DNA of 60,658 nucleotides from contig CAZSMR010000002.1 of NCBI GenBank assembly GCA_964608185.1, positions 3,494-64,151 on the forward strand. Reading direction: 5' to 3'. Positions 19,951 through 29,881 of the stretch are shown here, one piece after another. How positions within the stretch are numbered: the first letter of the stretch is position 1; each line of letters opens with the position of its first letter. The notes under the pieces are model-generated. The model was not told where the DNA came from, did not search any database, and worked only from the letters and a program-made list of their open reading frames with translations. This stretch comes from an uncultured Porticoccus sp. GTDB lineage: Bacteria > Pseudomonadota > Gammaproteobacteria > Pseudomonadales > Porticoccaceae. The translations under genes and the position numbers were made by a program.

Positions 19951-20775
19951 ATGAATACTTCACCTGATAATAAAAATAATGAAATAGCACTGCAAGATTT
20001 AAAAAAAATCACGGTTAACAGCGAAGTCATCACTCCTGTTGAGATAATTCAAGAGATGCAGCATCATCAGTCTGATTCGCAAGATGATAGCGTCAAAAAA
20101 TCATCTGAGGTTTTAATTATACAGCTACTGTTTTTGCAAAAAGCAAAAGAACTTGAGTTAGATAAAGATCTTCCAAAGGATACCGAAAGTTCCCTTGAAG
20201 AAACAATAATCGGTAGACTGATTAATGAAAAAATACCAAAGTCAGACAACATTTCTGAAGACGATTGCCAAAAATATTATGATAGTAATATCAATACGTT
20301 TCTGACCAAGCAAATGTTGGAGTTGAAACATATTTTGATAAGCCCGAAACAGCAAGACAAGTGTTGCAGGGCTGACGCAAAAAAATTAGCGATATCATTA
20401 ATAGCAAAACTGAAAAAATCTATAGATCTTTTTGAGTCCTTGGTAGCTAAACATTCTACTTGTCCATCTAAGGAAACTGGAGGATCCCTAGGTAGAGTTG
20501 GCCGAGGACAGACACCCCCAGAATTTGAAAAGGTAGTTTTTAGTTTACAAGAGGGCTTGCATGAAAATCCAGTTGAATCTGATTTTGGTTTTCACGTAGT
20601 TCACATCGACAAAATAATACCACCTAAACAACTAGAATATGAGCAAGTCAAAGGCGATATCGCTGATATGTTAATTGAGGTTGGACATCGCATAGAGCTG
20701 TCCAAATATACTCATCAGTTAATTAATGACGCAGATATAAATGGATATGATTTTACAGCCAGTTCTAACGACTAA
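19951..20775 (+). CDS. Cytoplasmic PpiC/parvulin-type peptidyl-prolyl isomerase (NifM/nar-associated type)
   Basis: HILI..HSTCPSKETGGSLG..GQTPPEFE..PVESDFGFHVV. No signal peptide. Confidence 0.85.
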   Translation: MNTSPDNKNNEIALQDLKKITVNSEVITPVEIIQEMQHHQSDSQDDSVKKSSEVLIIQLLFLQKAKELELDKDLPKDTESSLEETIIGRLINEKIPKSDNISEDDCQKYYDSNINTFLTKQMLELKHILISPKQQDKCCRADAKKLAISLIAKLKKSIDLFESLVAKHSTCPSKETGGSLGRVGRGQTPPEFEKVVFSLQEGLHENPVESDFGFHVVHIDKIIPPKQLEYEQVKGDIADMLIEVGHRIELSKYTHQLINDADINGYDFTASSND

Positions 20776-20800
20776 ATTTTTTTAAAAATTAGCTTAATGC

Positions 20801-22030
20801 TTAGATATCACGGGCTAGTATTTCAATTTGTTGTCTAGTCAATTTTTCGCAGATATCACCTAGTCCTTCTACTCTAAATAGTAGACTTTTTGAGCTTGGG
20901 GGAGATAGCAGTACTTCTTTTAATGAATCATGCTCCTTGGTCTGCCCATCAAGTAATATTTCGTCATCAACCGCTTGATCAAGCATAAGCTGCAATGAAT
21001 TTAAGTGTTCTTCGCAGCTAGACTCTTGAAGAAGTTGAGAGCTGAAATTTTTATATTCAACACTGAGTATAGCGCTAGCAAGTTCCAATTTTATACCTTG
21101 CGCATCAAGCAACTTTTGACTTAATTTATGAATCACTGAAGAGCAACATAGAGCTCTCAAAGGGTGTGCATCTTCACCTGATTTTCCTTTGAATTTTAAA
21201 TAAACACAACGCTGACCTGCTTGTAGCCTCACAGCCCCATAAATAGCTGCAGTATCATTAATTAGAGTGTCAAACTGAGACATTAAAGATTCAAGATGTT
21301 CTGGGTTGACTCTTGTCTTTAATATAGTCAGGTTTTTACAGTTAATAGCTAGAATTGTTGACTCTTCATACTTTTCTTCAATGTAAGGTTGCTGGTTTTT
21401 TACTCTCGCTGATATTAAGGGTTCTAGTCTTTTTTCAAGCATGCTCAGTTCATCCATTGGCCCTTCTCCGTCGCTCGGTAGCTGCTGGATAATACGGTTA
21501 AGTCTGAGTGAAAAATCTTTTCCCAATTTTATTGACGTGTATATTAATAGCGAAAAGATGCTTACAAATAAAAGACAAATCGTTATATTCAAAACTTTAA
21601 AGTATGCTTCGAAAAACTTGTTATCAAATTGAATGAGAGCATATCCTACAATTTCAGTTTCTATTGTTATAGGGCTTGTATATTTGCTGCCTAAATTGTC
21701 CACACTATTTTTTTGTGAAACCTTTTTGGCTTTAGCTAAAATTTGGCTAGATGCATCATATACTGCAACATATTTGAGACCTTCAATTGCCAGTACCTCA
21801 TCTATCTCAATCTGGAGGCTCAAAATATCTTGATTTATGATTGAAGTTTTAGCTACTTTCGCTAATTGTAAAGAGAGAGCATCGCCTAGATATTTTTCTT
21901 GCCTATCTGCTGTCGAGCCTATTTGATAATTAATGATTAGAGCGCCAAAAATTCCAACAATCAAAGTGAACGTTATGGTGATTATGGGTAATATTTTCGC
22001 GTAAGACTTTTTATTCTTGCCCATTATCAA
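20801..22030 (-). CDS. AhpA/YtjB(Smp)-like membrane protein with a degenerate nucleotidyl-cyclase-like C-terminal domain
   Basis: Two TM helices flank a periplasmic domain (DILSLQ, AVYDAS.QILA, SPITIETEIVGYALI). Divergent from serB, as in other gammaproteobacteria. Confidence 0.6.
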   Translation of the reverse strand: MIMGKNKKSYAKILPIITITFTLIVGIFGALIINYQIGSTADRQEKYLGDALSLQLAKVAKTSIINQDILSLQIEIDEVLAIEGLKYVAVYDASSQILAKAKKVSQKNSVDNLGSKYTSPITIETEIVGYALIQFDNKFFEAYFKVLNITICLLFVSIFSLLIYTSIKLGKDFSLRLNRIIQQLPSDGEGPMDELSMLEKRLEPLISARVKNQQPYIEEKYEESTILAINCKNLTILKTRVNPEHLESLMSQFDTLINDTAAIYGAVRLQAGQRCVYLKFKGKSGEDAHPLRALCCSSVIHKLSQKLLDAQGIKLELASAILSVEYKNFSSQLLQESSCEEHLNSLQLMLDQAVDDEILLDGQTKEHDSLKEVLLSPPSSKSLLFRVEGLGDICEKLTRQQIEILARDI

Positions 22031-22147
22031 TTATTCCCATAAGGTTTATCTGTTAGATTTATTTTAACTTGTTAATCGCTCTTCTATAATACCTGATATG
22101 AAGGGTAACTGGGTTTTTTGGCTTTATTATATATATTGGAATTAATT

Positions 22148-23368
22148 TTGAGACAAATTTTACTTATTAGCATATCAGGTGTAGATAAACCTGGTATTAC
22201 GCAAGCTGTGTCAGAGGTTCTGATGCGTCATGATTGTGATATGTTAGATATCAGCCAGTCAGTTATCCACGATAATTTAAATCTTGGATTATTAACAAGA
22301 GCGCCTTTAGGGCAAAAGTTGGAAGAAATAAAAAGTGAGCTTTTTTCTTCTCTGAACGCTCTTGAAATGAAGGCTCGATTCCAGGAAATTAGTGAAGCGA
22401 GTTACTCCTCTTGGGTGAACCAGCAAGGTAAACCCCGCCATATTGTGACTTTGCTTGCAAGAAGAGTAACTGCTGAACATATAGCTCGAGTAACCGAGGT
22501 CACAGTAAAAAATCAGCTTAATATCGATAAAATTACTCGACTTTCTGGTAGGGTTCCTCTAAATCGTATGGAAAAAAGTATCAGATCATGCGTCGAGTTT
22601 TCTTTACGCGGATTACCTGTTGATCTGCCCGTCTTTCGCTCCTCGCTTTTAGAAATATCGAGTGAAATGGAAGTCGATATAGCTTATCAGGAAGATAATA
22701 TTTTTCGTCGAAATCGTCGAGTAGTTGTATTTGATATGGATTCAACGCTGATTGATGCAGAAGTAATAGATGAATTAGCAGAAGAAGCTGGAGCTGGAGA
22801 AGAGGTTTCTAAAATTACCGAGGCTGCAATGCGAGGAGAATTAGATTTTAAAGAAAGTTTTATTCAGCGCCTCCGATTTCTCGAGGGTCTGGATGAGTCA
22901 GTTCTAAAAAAAGTGTCCCTTCGTTTAAACCTTACAGAGGGTGCGGAGGACTTGATGACTACTCTTAAGCTTTTAGGTTACAAAACAGCAATTCTCTCAG
23001 GAGGATTTGATTATTTTGCTTCTCAGATTCAAAAAAAATTAGGAATAGACTATGTTTATGCTAATAAACTTGAAATAGTTAACGGTAAAGTAACTGGTAA
23101 TATTTCGGGAGAAATTGTTGATGGCGAGAAAAAAGCAAGTTTATTACGCCATATAGCTGCTGGTGAGAATGTCAGTTTAGAGCAAGTTATAGCTGTAGGG
23201 GACGGCGCAAATGATTTACCCATGTTAAGTATTGCTGGTTTAGGAATCGCTTTTAGGGCTAAACCTTTAGTAAAAGCATCTGCGAAGCAATCAATATCTA
23301 AGGTTGGATTGGATGGAATCCTTTACTTAATGGGAATAAGTGACAGAGATGCTTCACGTTGGGAGTAG
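22148..23368 (+). CDS. serB: Phosphoserine phosphatase with N-terminal ACT domains
   Basis: ISGVDKPGIT (ACT), HAD motifs FDMDSTLI, SGGF, AVGDGANDLPM. Start is TTG 22148 or TTG 22118. Confidence 0.95.
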   Translation: MRQILLISISGVDKPGITQAVSEVLMRHDCDMLDISQSVIHDNLNLGLLTRAPLGQKLEEIKSELFSSLNALEMKARFQEISEASYSSWVNQQGKPRHIVTLLARRVTAEHIARVTEVTVKNQLNIDKITRLSGRVPLNRMEKSIRSCVEFSLRGLPVDLPVFRSSLLEISSEMEVDIAYQEDNIFRRNRRVVVFDMDSTLIDAEVIDELAEEAGAGEEVSKITEAAMRGELDFKESFIQRLRFLEGLDESVLKKVSLRLNLTEGAEDLMTTLKLLGYKTAILSGGFDYFASQIQKKLGIDYVYANKLEIVNGKVTGNISGEIVDGEKKASLLRHIAAGENVSLEQVIAVGDGANDLPMLSIAGLGIAFRAKPLVKASAKQSISKVGLDGILYLMGISDRDASRWE

Positions 23369-23399
23369 CCTTTTTCTTGAGTATATTTTGAATTATGAG

Positions 23400-24419
23400 T
23401 TAAAGTAATGGGACTTTATTTGGCATACCTGGCAACTCTCTCACTAGTTTTGGGACTAAATATCCAGGAAGTCTTTCCATGAGACTGAGAAGAAGTTCTT
23501 TGGCCACTTTATCGCTTACTTCAAAATGAGCCGCACCTCTTACTCTATCTAACTGATGAAGATAGTAAGGCAAGACTTTTATTTGGAAAAGTCTTTCACT
23601 GAGCTCTTGTAAAACTTCAACTGAATCATTAATACCTGCAAGCAGAACCGTCTGGTTAAAAAGTGTTACTCCTGCTTGAGAAAGATGCTTAAGAGCGTCA
23701 GCAACAGAGCCATCCAATTCTTTAGGATGATTGCTATGTATCACAAGAGAAGTTAGTAATCGACTGGATGTCAGCCACATTAAACAATCTTCTGTTATAC
23801 GATCTGGAATAACAACTGGGAGCCTAGTGTGCACTCGTAGTCTCTGGATATGCGGTATTTTCGCAATTTCTTCTGTCAGCCAAAGTAATTGATTATCACT
23901 AGCAGCTAGAGGGTCTCCCCCACTAAAAATAACCTCAGTGATAGTCTTGTTTTCTCGAATATATTTTAATGCCCTTTGCCACTCTTTACGGCCGGGCTTA
24001 TTGTCTTGATAAGGGAAGCTTCGCCTGAAGCAATACCGGCAATTAATTGCACAATTAACACTAACAATGAGTAATACTCTTCCTCTATATTTATGCACTA
24101 ATCCTGGTATTAAGTTTGTTTTAGCTTCACCTAGGGGGTCTATACTGTAACCAGGGGATGCATATAGCTCGTCTTTTGACGGCAATATTTGCTTAAGAAG
24201 CGGGTCATTGGGGTCTCCCTTTTTGATGCGCCTTAAATATGCTTGAGGTACTTTTAATGAAAAATCATTACCAGCCTTCATAGCTCCATTTAAAAGGTTT
24301 GCTATAGTTTTTTCGTCTAGATCAAGACTCTCAAGTAATGTTTTGGGATCTCGAATACTGTCGGTGACTTGCTCTTGCCATGTAAGGGTATCTACAGATG
24401 CAATGGAACGCGTTATCAT
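23400..24419 (-). CDS. epmB: EF-P beta-lysylation protein EpmB (lysine 2,3-aminomutase, radical SAM)
   Basis: [34 protein letters not shown]. Divergent from efp. Confidence 0.95.
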   Translation of the reverse strand: MITRSIASVDTLTWQEQVTDSIRDPKTLLESLDLDEKTIANLLNGAMKAGNDFSLKVPQAYLRRIKKGDPNDPLLKQILPSKDELYASPGYSIDPLGEAKTNLIPGLVHKYRGRVLLIVSVNCAINCRYCFRRSFPYQDNKPGRKEWQRALKYIRENKTITEVIFSGGDPLAASDNQLLWLTEEIAKIPHIQRLRVHTRLPVVIPDRITEDCLMWLTSSRLLTSLVIHSNHPKELDGSVADALKHLSQAGVTLFNQTVLLAGINDSVEVLQELSERLFQIKVLPYYLHQLDRVRGAAHFEVSDKVAKELLLSLMERLPGYLVPKLVRELPGMPNKVPLL

Positions 24420-24467
24420 AGTGGTCTCTTATGCTTTATAAAAATTTATTTGAATATTGAGGTAATA

Positions 24468-25031
24468 ATGGCTAACTATTCTACCAATGAATTTCGTTCT
24501 GGTCTGAAAGTAATTATGGATGGAGATCCCTGTAGTATTTTAGAAAATGAATTCGTAAAACCAGGAAAGGGGCAGGCATTTAGTCGCGTCCGTTTACGTA
24601 ATCTTAAAACAGGTCGAGTTTGGGATAAAACATTTAAATCTGGAGAATCTCTTGAGGGGGCGGATGTAACAGAATGCGATATGCAGTACCTTTATAATGA
24701 TGGTGAATATTGGCACTTCATGGAACCTGACACGTTTAATCAACATCAGGCTGATAAGAAGGTTATTGGGGATTCTGGGTTATGGCTTAGTGAGCAAGAT
24801 ACTGTAATGGTGACACTTCATAATGGTATCCCATTATTAGTAACGCCAGCTAATCATGTAGAGCTTGAGATCATAGACACCGACCCAGGCTTAAAGGGGG
24901 ATACTGCTCAGGGTGGAACTAAGCCAGCTATATTAAGTACTGGTGCGACGATCAAGGTACCACTTTTTTTAAATATAGGTGAGGTTGTTAAGGTTGACAC
25001 ACGAACTGGAGAATATATCAGTCGTGCTTAA
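24468..25031 (+). CDS. efp: Elongation factor P
   Basis: [22 protein letters not shown] (modified Lys), [18 protein letters not shown] 24468 after GAGGT. Confidence 0.98.
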   Translation: MANYSTNEFRSGLKVIMDGDPCSILENEFVKPGKGQAFSRVRLRNLKTGRVWDKTFKSGESLEGADVTECDMQYLYNDGEYWHFMEPDTFNQHQADKKVIGDSGLWLSEQDTVMVTLHNGIPLLVTPANHVELEIIDTDPGLKGDTAQGGTKPAILSTGATIKVPLFLNIGEVVKVDTRTGEYISRA

Positions 25032-25055
25032 TTTATTGATAAATATTTTTTTCTT

Positions 25056-26018
25056 ATGAGTTTTTGGAAGCCAACGGCAACGACTAAAACTCTTAAGTCC
25101 CGAGCTAATCTATTTTCTAGTATCAGAAAATTTTTTCATGAGAGGGAGATTTTGGAGGTTGAAATACCCATCTTAGGAAAAACAGGCGTGACGGATGCCT
25201 ACATTGATTGTTTTGAGGTTGATTCGGCTGGTGAAACCAAATACTTGCAAAGTTCACCCGAATATTTCATGAAAAGACTGCTTGCATCAGGTTCCGGTTC
25301 AATCTATTCGCTTGGAAAAGCATTTCGTGCAGAGGAGGTTGGCCGTTATCATCAGCCTGAGTTTACTCTTTTAGAGTGGTATCGACTTGATTTTAATGAG
25401 CATCAGTTAATGAAGGAGGTTGCAGATCTCATAAGCAGTCTAGGAATAGATTCTGAATACCAAACTATAAAATACTTAGATGTATTTGAAAAAGTGACTA
25501 GTCTTAATCCGCATAAAGCACCACTCAAAGATCTACAAAAATTGGCATCAGTTGCCTCAAATACTGATTTTTTTGGAGAAGATAGAAATAACTGCCTAAA
25601 TTTAATATTTAGTGTTTGTATTGAACCAAAGCTGCCGAGGGGCCTAGTATTTGTTTATGACTACCCGGAATGTCAGTCCGCTTTAGCGCAACTGAAAAAA
25701 GATCCTGAGGGTAATCATGTAGCTAGACGCTTTGAGGCATATTTAGACCAGTTAGAACTTGCTAACGGATATGTTGAGCTCAACGATCCAAAAGAGCAAA
25801 TGGTACGCTTTTCTAAAGACTTAATTATTCGTGAAAAATTAGGAAAAAAAATTATTCCTGTTGATACAGACCTTTTAGAATCTATGAAGTTTGGGTTACC
25901 TGTATGTGCTGGTGTAGCGATTGGTGTAGATAGACTGTTAATGAAATTGTTAAATTTAGATCAAATCTGTGAAGTGATTCCATTTGGTTCTATCGGGGTT
26001 AATTCTACCCATGAGTAA
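25056..26018 (+). CDS. epmA: EF-P lysine aminoacylase EpmA
   Basis: YLQSSPEYFMKRLLA, HQPEFTLLEWYR, ELANGY, GVAIGVDRL. Has no anticodon domain. Confidence 0.95.
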   Translation: MSFWKPTATTKTLKSRANLFSSIRKFFHEREILEVEIPILGKTGVTDAYIDCFEVDSAGETKYLQSSPEYFMKRLLASGSGSIYSLGKAFRAEEVGRYHQPEFTLLEWYRLDFNEHQLMKEVADLISSLGIDSEYQTIKYLDVFEKVTSLNPHKAPLKDLQKLASVASNTDFFGEDRNNCLNLIFSVCIEPKLPRGLVFVYDYPECQSALAQLKKDPEGNHVARRFEAYLDQLELANGYVELNDPKEQMVRFSKDLIIREKLGKKIIPVDTDLLESMKFGLPVCAGVAIGVDRLLMKLLNLDQICEVIPFGSIGVNSTHE

Positions 26019-27024
26019 ATTATTACAAAATGATAAGTTACCCGCTATTTTTCTCATGGGGCCAACAGCTTCAGGAAAAACAGACTTAGCAATAGAACTA
26101 TATAAATGTTTACCTGTCGAAATAATTAATGTCGACTCCTCTCAGATTTATAAAGGTATGGATATAGGCTCAGCAAAACCTACTAGAGAAGTTTTGAATA
26201 AAGTGCCTCATCGACTGATAGGTATTCGAGACCCCTCAGAAGCATACTCTGCTGCAGATTTTGTAAGAGATGCTAGACAAGAGATGAAAGACATTACTGA
26301 ACAGGGACGCATTCCTCTGCTTGTAGGTGGAGCCATGTTATATTTTAAGGCTCTTCTGGATGGCTTAGCAGATAACCCACCTGCAGATCTTTTGATACGT
26401 CAAAAAATTGAAGAAGACGCGAAAAAATATGGATGGCCTTATCTTCATGCAAAACTTAAAAAGGTCGACCCTATATCGGCAAAGGGCTTGCACCCAAATC
26501 ATTCTCAGCGTATTCAACGCGCCTTAGAAATTTTTCAAATAACAGGTAAGCTACCATCAGCTATCAAAAAAAATCAAAAGGAAAATGGAAGTATAATAAG
26601 CCCCATATCTAAAGATTATAGGATTATACAAATAGCACTGATGCCCCTTAGGAGGGCTCATTTGCATCAAAGGATCGAGCAACGATTCAAGGCAATATTA
26701 AATTCAAATTTTAAAGCTGAAGTTAAGTTACTTTTCGATCGGGAAGACATTCATAAGGATCTTCCCGCTATTCGCGCTGCTGGGTATAAGCAAATGTGGG
26801 AGTATTTATCAGGAGAATTTGAGTACAGTGATATATGTCAGCTTAGTGTTGCAGCGACCAGACAGCTTGCAAAACGCCAACTTACTTGGTTAAGAAAGTG
26901 GCCTGATTTACATCAAATTCAGGTTGATTACACAAGTGGTGGAAAATTCTCTTCTCAAGAAGTGTTATCCGATTGTTTGGGCATATTAGATGGCGAATCC
27001 ATATACACTGATCCGCGTCAGTAG
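26011..27024 (+). CDS. miaA: tRNA dimethylallyltransferase
   Basis: GPTASGKT, DSSQIYKGMDIGSAKP, QRIQRALE, TRQLAKRQLTW. ATG 26011 overlaps the end of epmA. Confidence 0.96.
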   Translation: MSKLLQNDKLPAIFLMGPTASGKTDLAIELYKCLPVEIINVDSSQIYKGMDIGSAKPTREVLNKVPHRLIGIRDPSEAYSAADFVRDARQEMKDITEQGRIPLLVGGAMLYFKALLDGLADNPPADLLIRQKIEEDAKKYGWPYLHAKLKKVDPISAKGLHPNHSQRIQRALEIFQITGKLPSAIKKNQKENGSIISPISKDYRIIQIALMPLRRAHLHQRIEQRFKAILNSNFKAEVKLLFDREDIHKDLPAIRAAGYKQMWEYLSGEFEYSDICQLSVAATRQLAKRQLTWLRKWPDLHQIQVDYTSGGKFSSQEVLSDCLGILDGESIYTDPRQ

Positions 27025-27081
27025 TATTATATTTAAATAGATTTCAGTTTATAAAAAATTTTCAGTTACAGGAGTATCTTT

Positions 27082-27327
27082 GTGCCCAAAGGTCAAAATC
27101 TTCAAGACCCTTTTTTGAATGTTTTAAGAAAAGAACAGATGCCAGTCTCCGTTTTTCTTGTAAATGGAATTAAATTGCAAGGACAAATAGAGGCTTTTGA
27201 TCAATTTGTAATAGTGCTAAAGAATACAGTAAATCAAATGGTATATAAGCATGCCATCTCTACTATTGTGCCTACCCGTTCCGTTGAGTTGCCAGAAATT
27301 AAAATAGTTGAAACAACTAATGATTAA
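27082..27327 (+). CDS. hfq: RNA chaperone Hfq
   Basis: [28 protein letters not shown] start after AGGAG. Confidence 0.98.
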   Translation: MPKGQNLQDPFLNVLRKEQMPVSVFLVNGIKLQGQIEAFDQFVIVLKNTVNQMVYKHAISTIVPTRSVELPEIKIVETTND

Positions 27328-27352
27328 GCAATTAAAAATAGGTGATTTTTAA

Positions 27353-28645
27353 TTGTTTTTTGAGCGCCCAAGTTCTGGTGAGCTTGCTATCCTAGTACAC
27401 TTGAACCTTGACAGTGAGAATGAGCCAGAAGATCCAAGAGAATTTGAGGAGCTAGTTATTTCTGCAGGTGGTGACCCTGTCGCGCTGATCGTTGGATCTA
27501 AGAATACTCCTCATCGAAGGTATTTTGTTGGTACTGGCAAACTGGATGAAGTGAAACAGGCAGTTTTTGAGCATTGCGCAAATCTTGTAATATTTAATCA
27601 TAGTTTATCTCCTAGTCAAGAAAGAAATTTAGAAAGCGAATTAGAGTGCCGTGTATTGGATAGAACAGGCCTCATTCTAGATATTTTTGCACAAAGAGCA
27701 CTTACGCATGAAGGTAAACTGCAGGTCGAACTTGCACAGCTACAACATATGTCAACAAGACTTGTTCGTGGTTGGACTCACTTAGAGCGGCAAAAAGGAG
27801 GTATAGGTCTTCGGGGGCCTGGGGAAACCCAACTGGAAACCGATCGAAGATTATTGCGTTATCGGATAAGATCTATTTTAAAGAGATTGGCAAAAGTTCG
27901 AAGCCAAAGAGATCAAGGCCGCCGTTCTCGTGATCGCGCAGAAATATCAACTATTTCTTTAGTTGGATATACGAACGCAGGAAAATCAACTTTATTTAAT
28001 AGACTTTGTGCAGCTAATGTTTACGTTGCTGATAAGCTTTTTGCAACTCTTGATCCGACTATGCGGCGTATAGAGCTAGATGATGTAGGTCCAGTTATAT
28101 TAGCTGATACAGTAGGTTTCATCAGCCATTTGCCACACAAGCTAATAGAAGCTTTTAAGGCTACACTAGAAGAAACTGCGAGTGCCAAATTACTTTTGCA
28201 TGTAGTAGATGCTCCTTCTGAAATGCGAAGAATAAATATCAAACACGTTAATGATGTTTTGTCTGAAATTGATGCAATAGGCCTTCCAACATTGATGGTT
28301 TTTAATAAAATTGATTTACTCGAGTGCTCTAAGGAAAGAATCGATCGAGATGAAGATGGAAAGCCAATTGCAGTATGGTTGTCAGCTAAAACTGGATCAG
28401 GCTTTGAGTTATTATTTCAGGCAATTTCAGAGATCTTGGTTCAAGATATGATGTTCGATAGACTCAGGCTTGACTCAAGCATGGGAAAATTAAGATCTAT
28501 ATTATACGAAAATAACGCAGTTATTGAAGAGCAGCTTGAAGATAATGGAGATTTTTTATTGGATGTAAGAATCCCCAAAGCAAATTATTTACGTATATTG
28601 AGAGGAGTAAAAATTAATCCTGATCAACTAAGAGTTTCGCCCTAA
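27353..28645 (+). CDS. hflX: Ribosome-splitting GTPase HflX
   Basis: GPGETQLETDRR, GYTNAGKST, LFATLDPT, DTVGF, NKID. Confidence 0.97.
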   Translation: MFFERPSSGELAILVHLNLDSENEPEDPREFEELVISAGGDPVALIVGSKNTPHRRYFVGTGKLDEVKQAVFEHCANLVIFNHSLSPSQERNLESELECRVLDRTGLILDIFAQRALTHEGKLQVELAQLQHMSTRLVRGWTHLERQKGGIGLRGPGETQLETDRRLLRYRIRSILKRLAKVRSQRDQGRRSRDRAEISTISLVGYTNAGKSTLFNRLCAANVYVADKLFATLDPTMRRIELDDVGPVILADTVGFISHLPHKLIEAFKATLEETASAKLLLHVVDAPSEMRRINIKHVNDVLSEIDAIGLPTLMVFNKIDLLECSKERIDRDEDGKPIAVWLSAKTGSGFELLFQAISEILVQDMMFDRLRLDSSMGKLRSILYENNAVIEEQLEDNGDFLLDVRIPKANYLRILRGVKINPDQLRVSP

Positions 28646-28756
28646 ATAATTATATTCGTTTAATAGTATTTTTTAGTCTTGAATTAATAGTATTTAATTG
28701 GAGGCAGAGTACAATTAGTAAGTTACATAAAAATATAGCAAAACATGGAGACAGTT

Positions 28757-29881
28757 ATGGCTTGGAACGAACCTGGTGATGGTAAAGACCCTTGGGGTGG
28801 AAAAAGTGGAAGTGGTGGCCCCCCTGATCTAGACGAGGCACTTAAGAAATTCTGGTCACGCATAAATAAAATCTTTGGATCTGGTGGCGGTACCGGAAAA
28901 AAATCTAGCGGTGAAGGTAATAAGAGTGTGATAAGTCTTATTATCATCGTTGCTTTAGTGGGTTGGGCTGTATCTGGCTTTTACCAAATCGATGAGAAAG
29001 AACAAGCCGTTGTCTTACGTTTAGGTAAGTATATAGATACCATGGGTCCTGGGCTCCACTGGAACCCAACTTTGATAGATAAGGTCACTAAAGTTCGTGT
29101 TACTGAAGAGCGCCAATATTCGAGCCAAGGACAAATGCTCACAGAAGATGAAAATATTGTAGAGTTGCCATTAACCGTACAATACAATATTAGTGACGTG
29201 AAAGCTTTTGTGCTTAATGTTAAGGCTCCAGAGCTCAGCTTGCGACAAGCTGCCGATGCCGCATTACGTCATGTAGTAGGTAGCAGTAAGTTAGATGAAG
29301 TGGTATCTACTGGCCGTCTTAAAATTGGTGATGAGGTTCAGCTTAGACTTCAAACCTACCTTGATAACTATGGCACTGGTATAAAAGTTAGAAAAATTAA
29401 TATTCAGGAAGCCAAGCCACCTAGTCAGGTGAAGGCGGCATATGATGACGTCATCAAGGCTCGAGAAGATAAAGAAAGGCTTATTAATGAGGCTCAAACT
29501 TATTCTAATGGAATAATTCCTGAAGCGAGAGGTCAAGCTCAACGGCAGATCGAAGAAGCTAACGGTTATCTAGAGCAAGTGGTAGCTGAAGCGCAGGGTG
29601 AATCAAAAAGATTTGAGTTACTATTATCAGAATATAATAAAGCACCACAAGTTACTCGTCAGCGAATATATCTAGACACTATGGAAAAAGTGATGGGTAA
29701 TAGTACAAAAGTGTTAGTCGATGTGGAAGGTGGAAACAATATGCTTTACTTACCATTAGATAAGATTATGGAATCAAGTAAATCTCAGACGAAACTGCCA
29801 CCGTATGGATCAAATAGTGTTAATCAAAGTTACAGCGATCAAAACAGTCGACAGAATTCAGCTAGATCAAGGAGCCGTTAA
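28757..29881 (+). CDS. hflK: FtsH modulator HflK
   Basis: MAWNEPG..DPWG..GPPDLDE and an SPFH domain. ATG 28757 after GGAG. Confidence 0.97.
   Translation: MAWNEPGDGKDPWGGKSGSGGPPDLDEALKKFWSRINKIFGSGGGTGKKSSGEGNKSVISLIIIVALVGWAVSGFYQIDEKEQAVVLRLGKYIDTMGPGLHWNPTLIDKVTKVRVTEERQYSSQGQMLTEDENIVELPLTVQYNISDVKAFVLNVKAPELSLRQAADAALRHVVGSSKLDEVVSTGRLKIGDEVQLRLQTYLDNYGTGIKVRKINIQEAKPPSQVKAAYDDVIKAREDKERLINEAQTYSNGIIPEARGQAQRQIEEANGYLEQVVAEAQGESKRFELLLSEYNKAPQVTRQRIYLDTMEKVMGNSTKVLVDVEGGNNMLYLPLDKIMESSKSQTKLPPYGSNSVNQSYSDQNSRQNSARSRSR

Noticed and set aside
25056-26018. Second, truncated lysyl-tRNA synthetase
   Set aside because: It is EpmA, next to efp and epmB. The true lysS is at 54854-56365.
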